A DNA stretch of 24,125 nt, from IMG/VR virus record IMGVR_UViG_3300020042_008600, positions 1-24,125 of that record; one strand, written 5' to 3'. A program made the translations under genes and the position numbers. Positions within the stretch are counted from its first letter, which is position 1, and each line of letters begins with the position of its first letter. The DNA comes from a virus (Duplodnaviria > Caudoviricetes). Below the pieces are notes generated by a model. The model saw only the letters and a list, made by a program, of their open reading frames with translations, searched no databases and was not told the DNA's origin. Positions 23,807 through 24,125 of the stretch are shown here, in pieces.

Positions 23807-24124
23807 TTAAGCAGTGCGTGTGAAGACGTATGCTGTGGCGCTTGAGAACATGATGGTAAAACGAGCAACGCCTGTCACGCCCGAGGCAACGGTCAAGTCA
23901 CCAAAAGAACCGGCAGTGTCTGCGGCAGCAGTTGACAAAATGCCGTTGGTGGCAACAGCAATAGTCACTGTGTTTGCGCCAGCAGTGTTGTCGATGTACA
24001 GGTTAAAAATTGTGCCTTTAACTGCTCCCAGTGCTGCTCCAAGCAACGTGCCTGTAGGCAGCGTAATAGCGGTTGCCGCAGCAGATGTAGAAGTAATGTA
24101 GCCAGTAGCAACTTCAGCAGCAGT
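23807..24124 (-). CDS. Thr/Ala-rich beta protein, possible capsid decoration protein, 5'-truncated by the window end
   Basis: The frame is open to the window edge: TAAEVATGYITSTSAAATAITLPTGTLLGAALG...AYVFTRTA. Confidence 0.68.
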   Translation of the reverse strand, partial: TAAEVATGYITSTSAAATAITLPTGTLLGAALGAVKGTIFNLYIDNTAGANTVTIAVATNGILSTAAADTAGSFGDLTVASGVTGVARFTIMFSSATAYVFTRTA

Positions 24125-24125
24125 G

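Larger units (their letters stand above)
1..24125. mobile_element. Tailed dsDNA bacteriophage (or prophage) genome segment, podovirus-like
   Basis: Dense, translationally coupled genes (many ATGA/TAATG/TGATG overlaps). Contains a fibre, holin plus M15 endolysin, adaptor-like proteins, large low-complexity internal proteins, an SNF2 helicase and an exonuclease. No host housekeeping genes and no tape-measure/sheath module. No integrase or att site seen, so free phage versus prophage cannot be decided. Confidence 0.93.

Noticed and set aside
1-24125. Assignment of a specific host or phage genus
   Set aside because: Gene content is reminiscent of uncultured aquatic proteobacterial podoviruses, but no terminase, capsid, att site or host gene is present to support a call.

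Overview
A 24-kb fragment of a tailed dsDNA phage genome (or prophage) with podovirus-like gene content. The left 1.7 kb (+ strand) holds the end of a replication/recombination module: a 5'-truncated SNF2-like helicase and a PD-(D/E)XK exonuclease. This module converges on, and overlaps, one long, tightly coupled minus-strand late operon. Read from right to left, that operon encodes a truncated capsid-associated beta protein, small structural and Lys-rich proteins, head-tail adaptor/tube-like proteins, a 22-aa repeat protein, an 819-aa mosaic fibre, a lysis-type cassette (membrane proteins, 3TM holin, M15 peptidase endolysin), a DUF5872-like basic pair, a 614-aa tail nozzle/stabilisation-type protein, and four large probable internal virion/ejection proteins. 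No rRNA, tRNA, CRISPR array, integrase or transposase is visible. The most striking signal is a recurring [M/F/Y]-[A/K]-x-G-G motif at apparent domain boundaries of otherwise unrelated late proteins, including an identical MAKGGDAK written with different codons. It suggests a shared Gly-Gly processing or capsid-sorting system. Other highlights are a promoter plus an SD-sequestering pseudoknot-like leader ahead of the ejection genes, a probable ATT start codon, and homology between the fibre tip and the capsid-proximal protein. Family names come from motif recognition by eye, not from database searches.
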